Positions 58,960 through 64,000 of a DNA stretch of 64,000 bases are shown here, one piece after another (the stretch's first letter is position 1; every line of letters begins with the position of its first letter). This stretch comes from the human T2T-CHM13v2.0 reference genome, Homo sapiens: the NCBI GenBank assembly GCA_009914755.4, contig CP068257.2, positions 22,944,001 through 23,008,000 on the forward strand. The letters run 5' to 3'. The notes beneath the pieces were generated by a model. That model did no database searches and had not been told where the DNA came from. It worked only from the letters and a program-made list of their open reading frames with translations. A program made the position numbers and the translations under genes.

Positions 58960-59342
58960 CATAGTCCAGAAAGGCAAAGATGACACCCTGAGTTCAAGCC
59001 ATCATATCCACATACAAGCCAGCAAGAGGAACGCCTGATTAAGGGTACGATAGTGTACACATGGACATACAAAGTGGAATAATAGACACTGTTGACTTGG
59101 AAAGGTGGGAGAGTGGTGGGAGGAGGGATGAGAAATTTAATTTAATGGGTACAATGTACACTATTCCAGTGATGGCACCACTGAAAGTCCAGACTTCAGC
59201 ACTATATGATATATCTATGTAACAAAACTTTACTTCTACCCCCTAAATATATAAAAAATATAAATACAAATGTAAAATAAAAAGACAAACACACACAAAA
59301 TAAAACCATTGAACTACATTCTTAAAAAAAAAAAAAAAAAAA
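58960..59342 (+). mobile_element. L1 3'-end fragment with poly-A (sense); its poly-A is the insertion site of the downstream Alu pair
   Basis: gtgtacacatggacatacaaagtggaataatagacactgttgacttggaaaggtgggagagtggtgggaggagggatgagaaatttaatttaatgggtacaatgtacactattccagtgatggcaccactgaaagtccagacttcagcactatatgatatatctatgtaacaaaactttacttctaccccctaaatatataaaaaat ... cttaaaaaaaaaaaaaaaaaaaaa. Confidence 0.7.
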
Positions 59343-59963
<621 letters not shown>

Positions 59964-61997
59964 CTACCATGGTGCCCACCGCACTGATGGTAGGTTTGGC
60001 TGTAGAACGTGCTACGGTCAATGGAATTCTAGCAGATGTGAAGACCAGCCTCAGATGGCCTCTGTTCTGAGCTTGGCCCCCAAAATAAATAGATGTGTAG
60101 CAGAAAACCATAATATCTAGCCTAGAGCTAGGACCAACTGAAGAAGAGACACCTAAATGGGCCCAGCCCAGACCCGAAGTGGAGACCTCTGGTGAAAAGA
60201 AAATTTCTCCTTTTAAATATCATGAAGACTTTCAAGTTGCCTATTATAGACAGAGGTAGTTGACTAATGCAGATTATTCTGCCTCCAACAACCTGCATAG
60301 ATTTTCTTCATCCAACATTACGTTGGTAATACCACCAAGGGGTATGTTTATCCGCAACCATAAATCCAAAGCAGTTCCCAAGTCCTCTAACATAAGATAC
60401 ATTTCACATAATTCAAATTGCAAATTTCAGAATCATCATCCACCAGGAATTGTAATTTCTTTAGGAGGATATGCATTTTACCTGCAGAAGGAAATTTAGT
60501 AAACAAAGTATGTACTTATAATCCTTTCTTTTATTTTCTGTGCTTTTATTCATGATCTGCTTTTACACCTAATCTTTTTTTCCCTTACATTTCTAAATTT
60601 GTCTGGGCAAAGGTTCAAGTTTTATAAACAAAATGGCCTTACAACTTGAACTCTTTACTGAACATCCTTATCTTTATTATTGTTGCTGTGTCTCTAACCA
60701 AAAAGTACCACTTCCTTTACAGCTTTCTTTACTATGGCTCTCTCTCTCTGTGTGTCTACTGTCTATGTTATTAATGATAATCTCTGGATGGTCAGATTAG
60801 GGATAATTATATTTGTCTCCTTTATATGTTTTTCTGTACTTTCCACATTTTCTACCTTGCATATGCATTGCTTATTATTGTAAGAAGTTATTAAATAATT
60901 TGGAAAAACATGCAAAAATAGTTTAGCCTTTTCTATTTATTGAGGTCATAAAGCAATTATTGGAATTACTTTGGTGGCATTAACAGGCAAATTGATTGAG
61001 GCTTTAAAATAGCTTTTGCTGAATCTGTCATGGCATTTTAATATTTTTAGATAAAAAAATAAAGCCCAATAGGATCAGTAAAAATTATTGGGTTTTAATT
61101 TCTAGTATCATCAAATTTGCTGAAGGCAAATTAGAATGCCAACTTAAAAAGCTGAACTTTTAAGAGTTAGTAAAAGATATATTAATTAGGAATGTTCAGT
61201 TCTTGACCCATTAATGCTATTCTTTATAAATGCATTGGGATATATTCATTTAATACTTCAGCAGTTTTACCATCCTTGCGATCTCATTTCTCGTTTCATG
61301 CTGAAGGGCTCTAATTTCTTCCTTGATTAAACTTTTGCTATGATAATAATGAAAAATTATTTTAATTATGAGAAAACTTCATCCACAAGGATTTGATGTC
61401 TTTCTTATTGTGATCTTTATTGCCTCTCTGGATCACTCCAACACGTTTTTGCCATGTCCTAGTTAAATGTTTTCTTTTCCTGAAATGGAAATTAACATCT
61501 TTTATTTTATCTTAATTTGTTTGATAAAGTGCATTTATTATTTTCCCTTTTTATTAAAATCAGATGTACAATAATTTACCAATTTAGTTTATAATTAATG
61601 GCTATGCAGTGATATACAGAACCAGAAATTCAAATCACTTATTTGCAAATAAGGACATTTGAGTTTCCTCACTGTAATGTTCAATCATATCATAAAATTG
61701 TGTGTATATCTACATAGTCATCTCCTTTTTATACATGCTATTTTATGTCAATTGTTATAAATTAGATATGCATCTATTTGTCTGTATGAACAAGAACATT
61801 CTCAAATTAATTTTTAGTGCCCAACAGGACAGAATGTGAAAGAAAAAAAATCGGGATAATTTGATTCTATTATTTCCTAGCTCTTTCATTTGCTCTTTAA
61901 GCCTCTATCCTTGGCCCCTGCCTCTATTGCCAGCCTCAGTTTCTTGTTTTTCAATATAGGTATTAAGTGATAGTTACTTTAATATGGATAATTTTTT

Positions 61998-62117
61998 TCC
62001 TTCCTTCCTTCCTTCTTTCCTTCCTTCCTTTCTCTCCCTTTCTTTTTCTTTCTTTCTTTCTTTCTTTCCTTCTTTCTTTCTCTCTTTCTTTCCTTCTTTC
62101 TTTCTCTTTCTTTCTTC
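61998..62117. repeat. (TTCC)n/(CTTT)n polypyrimidine microsatellite, about 120 bp, strand-asymmetric (pure pyrimidine on the + strand)
   Basis: ttccttccttccttctttccttccttcctttctctccctttctttttctttctttctttctttctttccttctttctttctctctttctttccttctttctttctctttctttcttc; track ORFs 61967-62194 and 61984-62235 (poly-FLPS peptides) are produced by this repeat. Confidence 0.95.
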
Positions 62118-64000
62118 AGATCACTTGTTCAACTTTGTTGTTCAATGTTGGGAATATCATTTTTTTTATTCTATACTCTCACCCATGGCTATGACCCCAA
62201 TACTATACATCAATGCTTCTACACTTATATCTTGAGTGTAGACCTTTTATTTTTTCAGATACATATATGAAATTGCTTGAAGTTGTTCTTCAGTGATGCC
62301 ATAAAGTCATCTTAACTCAAATGCAACTTAGCCCTCTCCCTCCCCTCTACCCTTAATGTTAGTAAATGACATCACCCTCCAAATCTTGAGCAGCCTTTTA
62401 AGTTTCTCTTTCTGACACCTATCTTTTCACAGGTGCCATCTGAAACTTAATCCATTAAGTTTCCAAAGTCTATACTTTAAACTATTGTCATCTCAAATTT
62501 GTATAAAAGGGACATTCCCCTTCAATCCATTATCTTCATTGCAGACCGAATTTTTTGATTAAAAATCAAACCAGATTAGGATTTTTCCCACCTTTAAACT
62601 ATTTTGCTGGCTTTCCGGTCCTCATATGCCATGTAACAACTTTTTTTTGTCATGGCTCCACAAACTTTGCTATATCTTCCACTTTCCACACTATACGATT
62701 GTTCTTCTATTGCCCTGTCTGTTCCAGATATACTGGCCGTTTAAAATTCGTATTTTACCATGCCACATCCCGTCTCGCTTCAAGTATTACCCATAATTAA
62801 TCTTTTCCTAGTTAATTTGGATTCCTTCATCAAGTCTCACCACAAAATCGCTACCTTAGGGAACACAAGAGAACAGGAGAGTATGCAAGGACATGGTCGT
62901 CATAACTTTGAACTGAAATATTAATGAATGATATAATTTAAGTACAGCATTAATGACTGTGTAAAATTAACAATAATAACAGTTAATATTTGGAGCACAC
63001 TTGTCAGGTGCTGACTTACATGCATTAGCATGGATTATCTAGCTGCTCCTTACAAAAGCCCATGAAGGCACTATAAGTAGCCTCATATTTTACAGATATT
63101 GAAAGTGCAGCTCAGAGACAGTAAGTAACTTTTCCGAGGTCACACAGTTAGCAGGAGGTGAAGACAAGGGGCAAATTCAAACAGCTGAGTAATAGAACTT
63201 CTGTATGTGTCCCACTACTATGTAGTTTCAAAATCTGGATTCCATTGCAACTCAAAAATCAAGAAAACTTGCTCTGTGTCATAACAGCTATCTGAACTAT
63301 TGACACTGCCAAAGCTAAAATGCACTGTAAACATTTCTTCAATCACCTCATATTTCTAAATGTCACTTCTGACTTTGATTAGGCAATCTTTTCTTGTGCA
63401 GATTTATCATCATCTTTGTGTTCTGGAATAGTAAAAATCATGTCAATTTACATCTGAGAAAAGGCATTCAATTAAAATTTAATTAGAATAACAGCATGCT
63501 CAATTTTTCTTGTAATATCTTTGGTTTAATGATGGAACAAAATGAGTTATTGACAGAAAAAAACAATGAAAGTAGTTTTGCATCTGCAAATTAAGATTAA
63601 AAATTTAAAAGACAAATATTTATATCCTCTCTTAAATGATAGTGCTAAATCATAAACAAAAGATGATTTAAATTAAATGTTTGTGAAAAAAGTTATAAAA
63701 ATGCTTACATTTCCTCAGATTATAATACATGTATACAATTAACAAACTAAACTAAAAAAAGAACCTGACCATGCATTTTTAATACATCTCATGGAACTCA
63801 TAATGTTTTTCCCTATACCCAACACAGTCTATTCAATATTCAGAGAAAGGAATCTACTGCTAATGCACTTGGGTATTGCCACAATAATATATTGACATAA
63901 AAGTATATTCTCAGCTTTTCTACTTATCACATTGTAGCCTGGCAACAAAGCGTATTTTGAGTAGCTCTGGTTTACTTTGTTGTGGAGTAAATCTGTTCGT

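Overview
This window is primate (human-type) nuclear genomic DNA, not a prokaryotic locus. It is AT-rich with no CpG-island-like stretch. It is densely packed with interspersed repeats: about 22 Alu copies in both orientations, several old L1 (LINE-1) fragments on both strands, MaLR/ERVL-type LTR elements, a near-full-length Tigger1 DNA transposon, and many microsatellites. I read no CRISPR array, rRNA or tRNA gene. I cannot support any protein-coding gene. Almost every ORF in the six-frame track is produced by Alu, L1, LTR or simple-repeat sequence. The most informative structures are nested or otherwise diagnostic transposon insertions whose target-site duplications (TSDs) are readable directly from the sequence. 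These are a complete THE1-type MaLR (LTR-internal-LTR, 5-bp TSD gctgg) inserted into an L1, and a Tigger1 carrying a young AluY bounded by a perfect 16-bp TSD. There is also an L1 insertion with the inverted-5'/sense-3' layout expected from twin priming, a second LTR-int-LTR MaLR with a tandem duplication inside one LTR, an AT-rich palindromic minisatellite, a local ~205-bp direct duplication, and an unnamed LTR-like family present twice, 40 kb apart. No previously undescribed biological system is evident. This looks like an ordinary gene-poor, L1-rich intronic or intergenic human region. All coordinates are approximate to within about 10 bp, because element ends were placed by eye against remembered consensus sequences.
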